NCBI GenBank assembly: GCA_963792585.1
Contig: CAWBWI010000006.1
Span: 928,001 to 992,000, forward strand
Direction: 5' to 3'
Length of the DNA stretch: 64,000 nt
Source: Candidatus Eiseniibacteriota bacterium
Lineage (GTDB): Bacteria > Eisenbacteria > RBG-16-71-46 > CAIMUX01 > VGJL01
The translations under genes and the position numbers were made by a program. Each line of letters opens with the position of its first letter. The first letter of the stretch is position 1. Positions 20,108 through 30,076 of this stretch are shown one piece after another. A model generated the notes under the pieces. The model was not told the DNA's origin. It did no database searches and worked only from the letters and a program-made list of their open reading frames with translations.

Positions 20108-22395
20108 GGAGGCTCCTGGCGACGCTCCTGCCCGCGCTGCTCCTGGCGCTCACCCCGCCCGCGCGCGGCGATTCCCCATACGTTCTCTCGGGGCAGGTCC
20201 GGGACCGGTTGACGCTGCGGCCGATCTCCGGGGCGATGGTGATCCTCGATGAAGCGCGCGAGACGGTCCGCGCCGACTCGCTCGGGCTCTTTCGGATCGA
20301 ACTCGACGGACCGGGAACCTTTCGCGTCCGCGCATCCGCGCCCCAATACGAGGCCACGGCATGGCGGGCGATCACCGTGGCCGCGACAGCCCCCACCCCG
20401 GTGGTCGTGATCGATCTCGACGCGCAGACCTATCGCGTCCCGACCGTCGAGATCTACGGGGAGCGATTCCGGCCCGACCTCCCCCAGGCCCCCACGCGCA
20501 CGCTCCTCGCATCCGACATCCGCCGCGCGCCCGGCGGATTCCAGGATCCCCTCCGGGCGATCCAGGAGAGCCGCTCGATCGAGTCCCGCAACGATCTCGG
20601 CACACTGCTCACGATCCGCGGCGGCGAGCCGGACCAGATCCTCTTCCTCAGCGACGGCTTCGACATCTACAACCCGTACCGGATGCGGATCGTTCTCGGC
20701 GGAGGGGTGAGCCTCGCCAATCCCGACGTGGTCGAGTCGGTCGAGCTGTATGCGGGGGGTTATTCGGCGCGCTACGGGAACCGGACCTCGGGAGTGATCC
20801 ACCTACGGACGCGCGAGGGAAATCGTCTGTCGTTCCGCTCGCGCGCGACCCTCTCGGTGGTCGCCGCTTCGTGCGCGCTCGAGGGGCCGATCGCCGGCGG
20901 GCACGGAAGCTGGCTCGTCGGCGCCCGCCGCACCTATTACGATCTCTTCATCCGTCCCCCACAGGGGCAGGGTACGCAATATCCCTATCTGGGCGAGATT
21001 CAAGGCCGCCTCGACTACGACCTCACCCCCACGCAGAGACTCACCGCACGGGGCTCGACGAGCGACGAAGGGGTCGACGTCATCTGGCAAGGGGATGAGG
21101 ATTCGCAGGACTCCGACACGCGGGCGTCGAGCGCCACGTCGAACGGTTCTCTGGAGCACGTGCTTCGATGGAACGGATCGCTCCACATGACGACCCGGCT
21201 CTCGATGTTGGCCGATCGCAGCAAGCTCTTCCTCTTCGGGGTGCAGGATAGCGCGACGTTCGCCGATGCCCACAGCCGCGCCTGGAGGGCGGGCGTGTCG
21301 CACGAATGGGAGCTGGCATCGCCACCGCATCTGACGCGCGTCGGGATCGAGCTCGACCGCTACCGGTCCAAGGTCGACTGGACGGCCGACGCGGACGCAT
21401 CTCCGACCCAGAACCCAGTGCCCGATTCGCTGCGAATCGACGATGCGCTCACCTATCGCGCCGTGTATATCGAGGACGTCGTGGCCGTCCGTCAGAAATG
21501 GTATCTCTCCCTCGGGCTCCGCTTCGAGGACGCCGAAGGCTCTTCCCCGATCCAGGCGAGCCCCCGCGTCTCGTTGCGCGGCGAGCTTCCCGGCGCGATA
21601 CGCGTGCGTGTCGGTGCGGGCGAGTTTCTGCAGTACCCGGATGGGATCCAGTCCTTCTCGAGGGAGGTCCCGCTGGGTCTCGGGGACTTGAACGAACTGC
21701 CGCCGGAACGCGCCGGGCTCGTGAGCCTGGGTCTCGACGGCGGCTGGAAGAGGATGACCTGGGCGATCGAAGGGTACGCGCGGGACACCCGGGACCTGAC
21801 CGTTCCGCTCGATCGTTCGAGTTATCGGGCCGAGGCGTCGGGGCGGGCGGTCGCCCGCGGTCTCGAGACCGAGATCGCCCTCACGAGCCTTCCCCGCGGG
21901 GTTCGGGATGGAATCTGGCACGAAGGAATCGATCTGCGCCTCGCCCATGCCTGGATCGATAGCCGCTTCCAGGGCGGGATCTTCGAAGACTGGACCCCCA
22001 CCGGAGCCGAGCGGGTCCACTCCTTCCTCGGACGACTTGCCTTCCCGCTCAGTCGCAGCGTTCAGTTCTCCGCAGTCGTCCGGCTCGCTTCGGGCGCGCC
22101 GACCACCCCTCTCCTCGCCCGGATCGCGCACTGGGATGCGGAGGACCGGCCCCGTTACGAGCCGGTCTGGGGCAAGCCGTTCTCTGCACGCACCGCGGCA
22201 TACGAACGGCTCGATCTCAGGATCGATCGAGAGGTCATGGTCTGGGGACGCCGCGGCTTGGTTTTCCTGGAAGTCATGAACGCCACCAACCGGAAGAATT
22301 GCCAATCCTACCAGTGGAATTCCAGCCTCTCGCACCGATATCCGGTGACCGGAATGCCGATTTTGCCGTTCATCGGACTGAGCGTCTGGAGCTGA
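20104..22395 (+). CDS. TonB-dependent receptor with N-terminal carboxypeptidase-regulatory-like domain
   Basis: Plug motifs IRGGEPDQ, GGYSARYGNRTSGVI; barrel end RLDLRIDR...NATNRKN...PILPFIGLSVWS; ATGA overlap with the upstream gene. Confidence 0.88.
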   Translation: MRRLLATLLPALLLALTPPARGDSPYVLSGQVRDRLTLRPISGAMVILDEARETVRADSLGLFRIELDGPGTFRVRASAPQYEATAWRAITVAATAPTPVVVIDLDAQTYRVPTVEIYGERFRPDLPQAPTRTLLASDIRRAPGGFQDPLRAIQESRSIESRNDLGTLLTIRGGEPDQILFLSDGFDIYNPYRMRIVLGGGVSLANPDVVESVELYAGGYSARYGNRTSGVIHLRTREGNRLSFRSRATLSVVAASCALEGPIAGGHGSWLVGARRTYYDLFIRPPQGQGTQYPYLGEIQGRLDYDLTPTQRLTARGSTSDEGVDVIWQGDEDSQDSDTRASSATSNGSLEHVLRWNGSLHMTTRLSMLADRSKLFLFGVQDSATFADAHSRAWRAGVSHEWELASPPHLTRVGIELDRYRSKVDWTADADASPTQNPVPDSLRIDDALTYRAVYIEDVVAVRQKWYLSLGLRFEDAEGSSPIQASPRVSLRGELPGAIRVRVGAGEFLQYPDGIQSFSREVPLGLGDLNELPPERAGLVSLGLDGGWKRMTWAIEGYARDTRDLTVPLDRSSYRAEASGRAVARGLETEIALTSLPRGVRDGIWHEGIDLRLAHAWIDSRFQGGIFEDWTPTGAERVHSFLGRLAFPLSRSVQFSAVVRLASGAPTTPLLARIAHWDAEDRPRYEPVWGKPFSARTAAYERLDLRIDREVMVWGRRGLVFLEVMNATNRKNCQSYQWNSSLSHRYPVTGMPILPFIGLSVWS

Positions 22396-22441
22396 GAAAT
22401 GTGGTAAAATAGCTCCCTCACCTGCGCTTAAGGAGGCACGG

Positions 22442-24184
22442 ATGCGCACGCTTACTTGGATTCTCTTCGCCCTTCTTTTGGTTCCCGGACTCGCCATGGG
22501 ACTCGATCTCGCCAGCCGGCCGGTGGGTCCCGTCATGACATGGAACGCGGGCGCGATGGAGCGCTACGACTCGGCCTGGCTCCACGTGAAGTTCGTGGAA
22601 GGATCCCGCGTCCGCCTCGATCAAGACCGTTTCGTCGACGACTCGGGCCTCGATCTGACGAACGTGGCGGCCACGCTCGCCGGGGCGCAGGTCGTCGAGA
22701 TCCGCCGCACATTCGACGGCGATCCCGCCGAACTTCGCGCGCTGAAGGCCATCGGAGAGGCGCGTTCCGGAGTAACGGGACCGGACCTCTCGCTCTGGTT
22801 CGACATCCAGGTCGGCGGTGGACATGCGGGGGTCGCCCAACTCGTCAACGAGCTGAACGGCCTCCCCGTGGTGGAGATCGCCCACCCGGCTCCGATCGTG
22901 GAGAACGCCGTCATCGATGCGCCCGCGCCGGCCGCCCCCGTGCAACGGGACGGAACCCGCACGCCGAACTTCGTCGGCCAGCAGGGATACCTGGGCGCGG
23001 CGCCGATCGGACTCAACGCCGCAGCCGCCTGGATCACCACCGGCGGACACGGCGAAGGCCAGCACTTCATCGACGTGGAGTTGTGCTGGACCGAGGATCA
23101 CGAAGACTTCAACTTCGGCAACAACTTCTACATCGGCGGCGCGAGCCAGGATCCGGTGTACGAGACGCACGGCACGGCCGTCCTCGGCGAGATCATCGGC
23201 CAGGACAACGGCTTCGGGATCAACGGATTCGCGCCGGCCATCCAGTACGGCGTCGTCGCAGTCACCGTCGCCGAATGGCCCAATGTCCCCCACTACTTCC
23301 AGGAGGCGATCGATCACCTCAACACAGGGGACGTCTGGCTGATCGAGCTGCAGATGTACCCGCCGGGCAAGAGCGCCACACCGATGGAGTGGCTCCAGGT
23401 CAACTACGACGTGATCTGGACGGGCTCATGGGCGCGCGGGATCGTCTGCATCGAGGCGGGCGCGAACGGGAGCCAGAACCTCGATGACGCGTCTTGGGGA
23501 GGTGTATTCAATCGCAACGTGCGCGACTCCGGCGCGATCATGTGCGCCGCCGGAACACCCACGGGCCTCATCGCCGAGTCCTTCACGAACTACGGGAGCC
23601 GCATGGACGTGCACGCTTGGGGCTCGTCCATCGTGACAACCGGCTATGGCGACCTCTACAACGGAGGCAGCCTGCAGACGATGTACACGGCGGGGTTCAG
23701 CGGGACGTCCGGCGCCTCGCCGATGGCGACCGGAGCCGCCAACTGCTTGCAGGGGATCGCGCGCGCGAGCCTCGGTGCGCCGCTCGATCCGATCCGGCTT
23801 CGGACGATCATGCACGACACGGGCACACCGTATAGCGGGACGCGGATCATCGGACCGCGCCCGAACCTCGCCAATGCCGTGCCGGCCGTTCTGGCGATCG
23901 CCGGAGCGCCGGATCCGGCGACGACTCTGAATCGCTTCGCCTGGCCGAATCCATCGGTCTCGGGATCGGAGATCCGCTTCTACGTGCCGGGGACGGCCTC
24001 CGGCCGCTTGGCGATCTTCGATGCAACGGGACGCCGTGTGCGCAGTCTCGCGGGCGCATCATCGGCCACCTGGTCCTGGGACGGCCGCGACGAGGGTGGT
24101 CGCGAGATCGGCCCCGGGGTCTACTTCTACAGAACCGAAGCGAACGGGGATCGCAACGCCGGTCGCATCATCCGCCTGAGGTAA
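22442..24184 (+). CDS. S8 (subtilisin-like) serine peptidase with FlgD-Ig tail
   Basis: IDVE (Asp), HGTAVLG (His), GTSGASP (Ser), AGANG oxyanion Asn; tail WPNP...WDG...GVYFYR. Confidence 0.9.
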   Translation: MRTLTWILFALLLVPGLAMGLDLASRPVGPVMTWNAGAMERYDSAWLHVKFVEGSRVRLDQDRFVDDSGLDLTNVAATLAGAQVVEIRRTFDGDPAELRALKAIGEARSGVTGPDLSLWFDIQVGGGHAGVAQLVNELNGLPVVEIAHPAPIVENAVIDAPAPAAPVQRDGTRTPNFVGQQGYLGAAPIGLNAAAAWITTGGHGEGQHFIDVELCWTEDHEDFNFGNNFYIGGASQDPVYETHGTAVLGEIIGQDNGFGINGFAPAIQYGVVAVTVAEWPNVPHYFQEAIDHLNTGDVWLIELQMYPPGKSATPMEWLQVNYDVIWTGSWARGIVCIEAGANGSQNLDDASWGGVFNRNVRDSGAIMCAAGTPTGLIAESFTNYGSRMDVHAWGSSIVTTGYGDLYNGGSLQTMYTAGFSGTSGASPMATGAANCLQGIARASLGAPLDPIRLRTIMHDTGTPYSGTRIIGPRPNLANAVPAVLAIAGAPDPATTLNRFAWPNPSVSGSEIRFYVPGTASGRLAIFDATGRRVRSLAGASSATWSWDGRDEGGREIGPGVYFYRTEANGDRNAGRIIRLR

Positions 24185-24215
24185 TGCCGACCGGCGCCGA
24201 TTCTCGGCGTCGCAT

Positions 24216-24260
24216 GCGAGAGGCGACCTTCTCCATTTCGGGAGAGGGTCGCCTTCTCGC
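24216..24260. terminator. Hairpin between convergent genes, probable bidirectional terminator
   Basis: AGGCGACCTTCTCC-atttcg-GGAGAGGGTCGCCT, 14-bp stem with one G-U pair, extendable at the base. Confidence 0.6.
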
Positions 24261-24275
24261 AACCGGACGGACATC

Positions 24276-25955
24276 CTAGGCGCGCACGCGTCGCAGGAGT
24301 CCGTCGAGCACGAACTTCCTCAGAATGACGATGCCGAAGAAGGTCAGCATGACGGCGGAGATCACATCGTAGTGCCAGCGGAGGACGGCGGTCGCGAAGA
24401 ACGCCGCGCTTGCGGCCAAGGCGGTGATGTTCACGCCGCGACGCAATCGCGGATCGAGAGCCAGCCATCGCTCCGGCCCCGGTCCGGCCTTCTCGTCCGC
24501 AGCAGTCGCCGTGGTCTGCTTACGGTCGGGCAGCAGATGCACCGCCGCGAAGCTCAGCAGGTAGGCCAGGGAGCCGATCAAGATCAGCATGTTGATCGAC
24601 AGTTCATCCCCGCGGATTCCGGGAATGCCGAAGAGCACCGCCTGGAGGTTGCGCAGCAGGCCGTACTCCAGCCCGTGCGTGTAGAGCCACGCGCCGGTGG
24701 CATAGGTGAAGGAATAGGCCAAGTTGGAGACCGACATGAAGCCGGCGAAGAGACTGCCCGCCGCCGCCACGGGAATCACCGCGCCCACGAGGCTGAACGT
24801 GGTCATCCGGATCAACGCCACGCCGATCGCGAGCAGGCCGTTGTAGGTCGCGAGGTAGGTCACCCGTGCCGCCTCCTCGCTCATGAACGGCAGGAGCGTC
24901 CGCAATCCCCGGCTGATCGAGGTGAAGTACGGATCCACGAGAAGATACTGGGTAAGGTTGATCAGCACGCTGACCACGATGTAGACGCGGAAGATCTTGC
25001 GCAGCCCCAGGCGTTCCTGCCAACGGACTCCCCGCCAAGCGAAGAGGAGCACGCCGAGGAAGTACCCGCCATAGGCCGCGCCATCCCCGATTCCGATCTG
25101 CGTCTGGGTGAACCCGAGCGACTCGATCAGATAGTTGTTCCAGAGGGCCCCCATCGCCGGCTGGAAGTGGAAGATGAAGTAGAAGAGCATCACCCCGAGG
25201 ATCGGACCGGTGTGGATTCCTCGCCAGAAACCGAGCACGGAACGCTTGAGCGGAACGGGCGTGGCCCGATCGGGGGGAAGCATCCGCACCACCACGAGCA
25301 CCGCGAGCGGCACCAGGGCCAAGCCGACCATCAGCCACCGGAAGCGGAAGTGATCCGCCGTGTACCCGCCCATGACCGCGGCGATGATCCCGGTCCCGTA
25401 GATCGCCGTCCAGCAGATCGCCTGATTGAGCCCGACCGTCGTCGCCTTCGAACGTCCGCTCGATCGCGCCTCCTCATCCCCCGCGATCACCGTCGCCCGA
25501 TCGACGGAGACGTCCGTCGCAGCGAGCACGATGGAAAGGCCGAACATGAATCCGAAGAAGATCAACGGCCCGGTGTCGATGAGCGGGGTCAGAAGGTAAC
25601 CGAGGACCGCGAGTCCGAGAAGCAAAGTGAGGATCGTACGCGTGCGCCCGTAAGCGTCGATCAGGAACCCGAGCGCCGGCTTGAAGCTCCACGCGAGATA
25701 GGACTTTGAGAAGAGACTCTGCGTCGCCGCCTCGCTGAGACCGAAGTCGGTCCGGAAGTGCCGGAAGAAGGGCTGGTAGGTGAGTCCCTGGAAGGGATTC
25801 GCCAGACCCTGGAGCACATACTCCATCGCGAAGACCAGTTTGAGCGGATGAACTCCGAAGATCTTGCGGACCGGTCGTGCGGACGGGGCGTCTGCGGCTG
25901 CCGGGTTGGGGTGGGGTTCCGGCGCTGCGGTCGGCGGCGTTCCTGGTGTCTCCAT
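24276..25955 (-). CDS. MFS transporter, BT1 (folate/biopterin transporter)-like
   Basis: Multi-TM protein; '[13 protein letters not shown]' resembles the BT1 'WxxKPxxGxxxD' motif; 'AATDVSVD'. Confidence 0.75.
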   Translation of the reverse strand: METPGTPPTAAPEPHPNPAAADAPSARPVRKIFGVHPLKLVFAMEYVLQGLANPFQGLTYQPFFRHFRTDFGLSEAATQSLFSKSYLAWSFKPALGFLIDAYGRTRTILTLLLGLAVLGYLLTPLIDTGPLIFFGFMFGLSIVLAATDVSVDRATVIAGDEEARSSGRSKATTVGLNQAICWTAIYGTGIIAAVMGGYTADHFRFRWLMVGLALVPLAVLVVVRMLPPDRATPVPLKRSVLGFWRGIHTGPILGVMLFYFIFHFQPAMGALWNNYLIESLGFTQTQIGIGDGAAYGGYFLGVLLFAWRGVRWQERLGLRKIFRVYIVVSVLINLTQYLLVDPYFTSISRGLRTLLPFMSEEAARVTYLATYNGLLAIGVALIRMTTFSLVGAVIPVAAAGSLFAGFMSVSNLAYSFTYATGAWLYTHGLEYGLLRNLQAVLFGIPGIRGDELSINMLILIGSLAYLLSFAAVHLLPDRKQTTATAADEKAGPGPERWLALDPRLRRGVNITALAASAAFFATAVLRWHYDVISAVMLTFFGIVILRKFVLDGLLRRVRA

Positions 25956-26181
25956 GGTCGGAAACGATACGGGAGCCTACCGCGGACGGGAAGGGCCATC
26001 CGCGGGCACCGTCGACGCGGGAGATGGATGGCGGGGAACGTGGACCGGCGGCGCGATCAACGGCATCGGCGATCGACCTTGCCGGACGGCCGCCGAAACT
26101 GGATATTGGATCGTGGAATGGCCGTGCGAGGATATGCGAACCGGAAGCGGCTGCCCGCCTTCCCATAGAGGAGATGAAGTC

Positions 26182-26487
26182 ATGTCGAAGCAACCGAAGC
26201 TCACGGCCGATGAAATCGGTTTCCGGTTGGGCGCGCTGGCGGGTTGGTCGATCGTCGATGGGAAGATCCACAAGGAGTTTCGATTCGGCGATTTCGCCCA
26301 GGCGTTCGGCTTCATGAGCAGCGTCGCCCTGATCGCCGAAGGGATGAACCACCATCCGGAGTGGTCGAACGTCTACAGCAAGGTCGTGATCGATCTGACG
26401 ACCCACGACGCGGGAGGGATCACCGAACTCGACATCGAGCTCGCACGCCGTGTCGAGCAGCTCCTGGATGCGCGGAAGCGTCCATAA
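26182..26487 (+). CDS. phhB: Pterin-4-alpha-carbinolamine dehydratase
   Basis: [17 protein letters not shown]...[22 protein letters not shown]. Confidence 0.93.
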   Translation: MSKQPKLTADEIGFRLGALAGWSIVDGKIHKEFRFGDFAQAFGFMSSVALIAEGMNHHPEWSNVYSKVVIDLTTHDAGGITELDIELARRVEQLLDARKRP

Positions 26488-26844
26488 CCCGATCTTCGTA
26501 GAAGATCAACCGACACTTCACTCGGTCTGGACCCCGGAATCGGAGATGATTCGTTCGTCGAAGGCGGGCGGATCGAATCGACACTTTCTACGAGCGCCCG
26601 GTCGTTTCGACATATACGAGGACGTCGCGGGGCCTACCTGATTCCCCCGATTGAATCCCCCAGGGTCAGCCCTGCGGCGCTCCTCATGAACTCCCTCCGC
26701 CGTCGCGCGGACCGGCCGCTCCGCAAGCGACTCCCCCGCGCGTGTTTCCCGCTGTCTGGACATGAACCGCCGCGCCCGATACTCTTGCCGAGAATGCGGG
26801 CCGGAAATCCACCATCCGGCCGCGGGGAAAGGATTGGGAGGACC

Positions 26845-28173
26845 ATGGGACGCAGCGTTTTCGTATCTCGGCCGCGCAAGGGAGATCACATCAAGCGCGT
26901 GGGCATCGTCTTCGCAGGCGGGCCGGCTCCGGCCGCGAACGCGGTCATCAGTTCGGCCGCGGTCAGCTTCCTCGATGACGGCCGCGAAGTCGTCGGTTTC
27001 ATGCACGGCTACGAGAATCTGCAGCAGTACCACCCGGTCAACTACCCGCTGATCCCGGACGAGCACTACCGGCAGTTCACCCACAAGGACGTCACCGGGA
27101 ACCGGAACTCCCAGGGAATTCTGATCGGCACCTCGCGCGCGAATCCCGGCAAGGGAATCCAGAGCCCCGCCGACCTCGAGAATCCCGAGAAGACCCTCAA
27201 ACTGCGCAACGTCTACTCCGCCTTCATCGAGATGGGGATCGACGCGCTGATCTCGATCGGCGGCGACGACACGTTGAAGACCGCGAACTTCCTTCACGAG
27301 TACCAGAAGCGACTCCCCGAAGGGGAGAAGCGGATCGCGATCGTGCACCTCCCGAAGACGATCGACAACGACTACCAGGGAATCGATTTCACCTTCGGCT
27401 ACTTCACCGCGGTCGATTTCCTCGCCAAAGAGGTGAAGAACCTCCGCGCCGACGCCGAGGCGGGACGTGTCTACTACATCGCGGAGTGCATGGGGCGCAA
27501 AGCCGGGTGGCTCTCCTACGGCGTCGGGATTGCCGGGGAGGCGAACATGATCTTCTCGGTCGAGGACGTCGACGAGGAGATGACATTCGAGGATGTCGTC
27601 GTCGATCGGGAAAGCGGCGCCACGCGCAAGGAGCGCCGGCTGCGCGTCGAATCGCTCGTCGACCAGATCGTCAACATGATCCTGATCCGCGAGAAGCGGG
27701 ACAAGAAGTACTTCGGAACGATCGTGCTCGCCGAAGGTCTCGCCGAGCTGTTCCCCGAGAAGTACATTCGCGAGATCCCGAAGGACGAGCATGGCAACAT
27801 CTCGATCGGGCGGATCGACATCGGCAAGGAGATCGCCCGCCTGACGCAGGAGGAATACCGGCGCCGCACCGGCAAGGACAAGAAGGTGATCGGCCTGCAG
27901 ATCGGCTACGAGTCGCGCTGCGCCCTGCCCCACGCCTTCGACGTGATGCTCGGAAGCCAGCTCGGGATCGGCGCCTACCGCGCCCTCGTTGAGGAAAACC
28001 TCGGGGGGGTGATGGTCAGCACGAGCGGCCAGCTCGAGCTCGCCTTCGTCCCGTTCGACAAGCTCGTCAACCCGCAGACGATGAGGACCGAGATTCGCTT
28101 CATCCGGCCGGGGTCGGACTTCCACCTTCTCGCCCGATTCCTCGAGAGCCGGACGGAGGTCCAGGAAGACTAG
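26845..28173 (+). CDS. pfp: 6-phosphofructokinase, probably PPi-dependent
   Basis: GGPAP, GGDDT (Asp at the donor-specificity site), PKTIDND, ECMGR, AEG, GYESR. Confidence 0.85.
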   Translation: MGRSVFVSRPRKGDHIKRVGIVFAGGPAPAANAVISSAAVSFLDDGREVVGFMHGYENLQQYHPVNYPLIPDEHYRQFTHKDVTGNRNSQGILIGTSRANPGKGIQSPADLENPEKTLKLRNVYSAFIEMGIDALISIGGDDTLKTANFLHEYQKRLPEGEKRIAIVHLPKTIDNDYQGIDFTFGYFTAVDFLAKEVKNLRADAEAGRVYYIAECMGRKAGWLSYGVGIAGEANMIFSVEDVDEEMTFEDVVVDRESGATRKERRLRVESLVDQIVNMILIREKRDKKYFGTIVLAEGLAELFPEKYIREIPKDEHGNISIGRIDIGKEIARLTQEEYRRRTGKDKKVIGLQIGYESRCALPHAFDVMLGSQLGIGAYRALVEENLGGVMVSTSGQLELAFVPFDKLVNPQTMRTEIRFIRPGSDFHLLARFLESRTEVQED

Positions 28174-28194
28174 GGCCGGCCGCGAGGAGGCCCG

Positions 28195-28614
28195 TTGCGC
28201 CAGCATCAGGAGATTCTTACGGTGCGGGCCCCCCGCGCGGGTCTGCACCCGATCACCGACACAATCGAGACGGTCGTTCGCGCCTCCGGGATCGTGACGG
28301 GGCTCTGTCAGGTCTTCGTGCCGCACACCTCCGCCTCGCTCCTGATCCAGGAGAATGCCGACCCGTCCGCCCGCCGCGATCTCGAACGATGGTTCGACCG
28401 GATCGCCCCCGAGGACGATCCCCTCTACACGCACACCTCGGAAGGCGACGACGACATGCCGGCGCACCTGAAGACCGCGCTGACCAACGTCTCGGAGCTG
28501 ATCCCCGTCGCCGGAGGCCGTCTCGCGCTCGGAACATGGCAGGGGCTCTATCTGTTCGAGCACCGTCGCCGGGCGCCGGGACGGCGCCTGATCGTTCACG
28601 TTTGGGGGGAATAG
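28195..28614 (+). CDS. yjbQ: YjbQ/UPF0047 family protein
   Basis: HTSASLLIQENADP, DDMPAHLK, LGTWQGLYLFEHR. Confidence 0.92.
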   Translation: MRQHQEILTVRAPRAGLHPITDTIETVVRASGIVTGLCQVFVPHTSASLLIQENADPSARRDLERWFDRIAPEDDPLYTHTSEGDDDMPAHLKTALTNVSELIPVAGGRLALGTWQGLYLFEHRRRAPGRRLIVHVWGE

Positions 28615-28616
28615 CC

Positions 28617-30056
28617 ATGGGCGCGCACGAAAGCTTCCACATGACTCCCGATGAGTTTCGCCGCCAGGGGCGCGCGGTCATCGACTGGATCGCCGACTAC
28701 TACGAGCGAATCGAGTCGTTCCCGGTCCAATCGCGGGTCGAACCCGGCCAGATCCGGGCGTCGCTCCCCGTCGAGCCTCCCGCCGCCGGGGAGGATTTCG
28801 GGAAGATCCTCGCCGACTTCGACAGGCTCATCCTGCCGGGAATCACGCACTGGCAGTCTCCGAACTTCTTCGCCTACTTCCCCGCCAACTCCTCCGCCCC
28901 CGCGGTCCTCGGCGAGCTCCTTTCCGCAGGGCTCGGCGTTCAGGGGATGCTCTGGGCGACCAGCCCCGCCTGCACGGAACTCGAGACGCACGTTCTCGAC
29001 TGGCTCGTCGGCATGCTCGGTCTGCCCGAGAAATTCCTCTCGACCGGCGCCGGGGGCGGCGTGATCCAGGACACGGCCTCGAGCGCGGCACTGTGCGCTC
29101 TCCTGACCGCGCGCGAGCGCGCGACCGGCTGGAGGAGCAATGCGCGCGGTTGCGACGGGAAGCTCACGGCCTACACGTCGACGCAGGCGCACTCATCGAT
29201 CGAGAAGGCCGCGATGATCGCGGGGATCGGGCGGGAAAATCTCCGGCTGATCGCCGTCGATGAGCGGTTCGCCATGCGACCCGACGACCTGCGCGCCCGG
29301 GTCGCGTCGGACCGCGCCGCGGGCCTCGTCCCCTTCTTTGCGGCCGCCACGGTCGGGACCACATCCTCGAATGCGATCGACCCCCTACCGGCGGTAGGGC
29401 GGATCTGTCGCGAGGCAGGAGTCTGGCTTCACGTCGATGCGGCGATGTCGGGAACGGCCGCCCTCTGCCCCGAGTTTCGATGGATCCAGGAAGGACTCGA
29501 ACTCGCCGACAGCTACAGCTTCAACCCGCACAAGTGGATGTTCACGAACTTCGACTGCGACTGCTTCTTCGTTGCGGACCGCAAGGCGCTGATCGAGACC
29601 CTGAGCATCCTGCCCGAGTATCTGCGCAACAAGGCGACCGAATCGGGGGCGGTGATCGATTACCGCGACTGGCACGTCCCCCTCGGCAGGCGGTTCCGTG
29701 CGCTGAAGCTCTGGTTCGTGATCCGCCACTACGGGGTCGAGGGGTTGCGCCACCACGTGCGGCGCCACGTCTCCCTCGCGCAGCAGTTCGCCACGTGGGT
29801 GCGGGAGGATCCCGACTTCGAACTCGCCGTCCCGGCGCCGCTGAACCTCGTCTGCTTCCGGCACCGCGCCGGGGAGAGGTTCAACGAGGAGCTGCTTCTT
29901 CGGTTGAACCACCGCGGCGAAGTCTACCTGACCCACACGCGGCTCAACGACGCCTACACGCTGCGGCTCAGCGTGGCGCAGACCCACACCGAGGAGCGCC
30001 ACGTCACCGGGGCTTGGGAAAAGATCCGCTCGATGGCCGCGGAGATCCGCGGGTAG
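28617..30056 (+). CDS. PLP-dependent group II (aromatic L-amino-acid-type) decarboxylase
   Basis: THWQSPNFFAYFP, SPACTELE, AHSSIEKA, HVDAA, NPHKW (PLP Lys), LGRRFRALKLW. Confidence 0.92.
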   Translation: MGAHESFHMTPDEFRRQGRAVIDWIADYYERIESFPVQSRVEPGQIRASLPVEPPAAGEDFGKILADFDRLILPGITHWQSPNFFAYFPANSSAPAVLGELLSAGLGVQGMLWATSPACTELETHVLDWLVGMLGLPEKFLSTGAGGGVIQDTASSAALCALLTARERATGWRSNARGCDGKLTAYTSTQAHSSIEKAAMIAGIGRENLRLIAVDERFAMRPDDLRARVASDRAAGLVPFFAAATVGTTSSNAIDPLPAVGRICREAGVWLHVDAAMSGTAALCPEFRWIQEGLELADSYSFNPHKWMFTNFDCDCFFVADRKALIETLSILPEYLRNKATESGAVIDYRDWHVPLGRRFRALKLWFVIRHYGVEGLRHHVRRHVSLAQQFATWVREDPDFELAVPAPLNLVCFRHRAGERFNEELLLRLNHRGEVYLTHTRLNDAYTLRLSVAQTHTEERHVTGAWEKIRSMAAEIRG

Positions 30057-30076
30057 CGAGGCCCGCCGGATCGGCC

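Noticed and set aside
26518..28599. Long antisense or alternative-frame ORFs (also 20803-22536, 55750-57636 and many others)
   Set aside because: Shadow ORFs of real genes caused by high-GC codon bias; no recognisable motifs.
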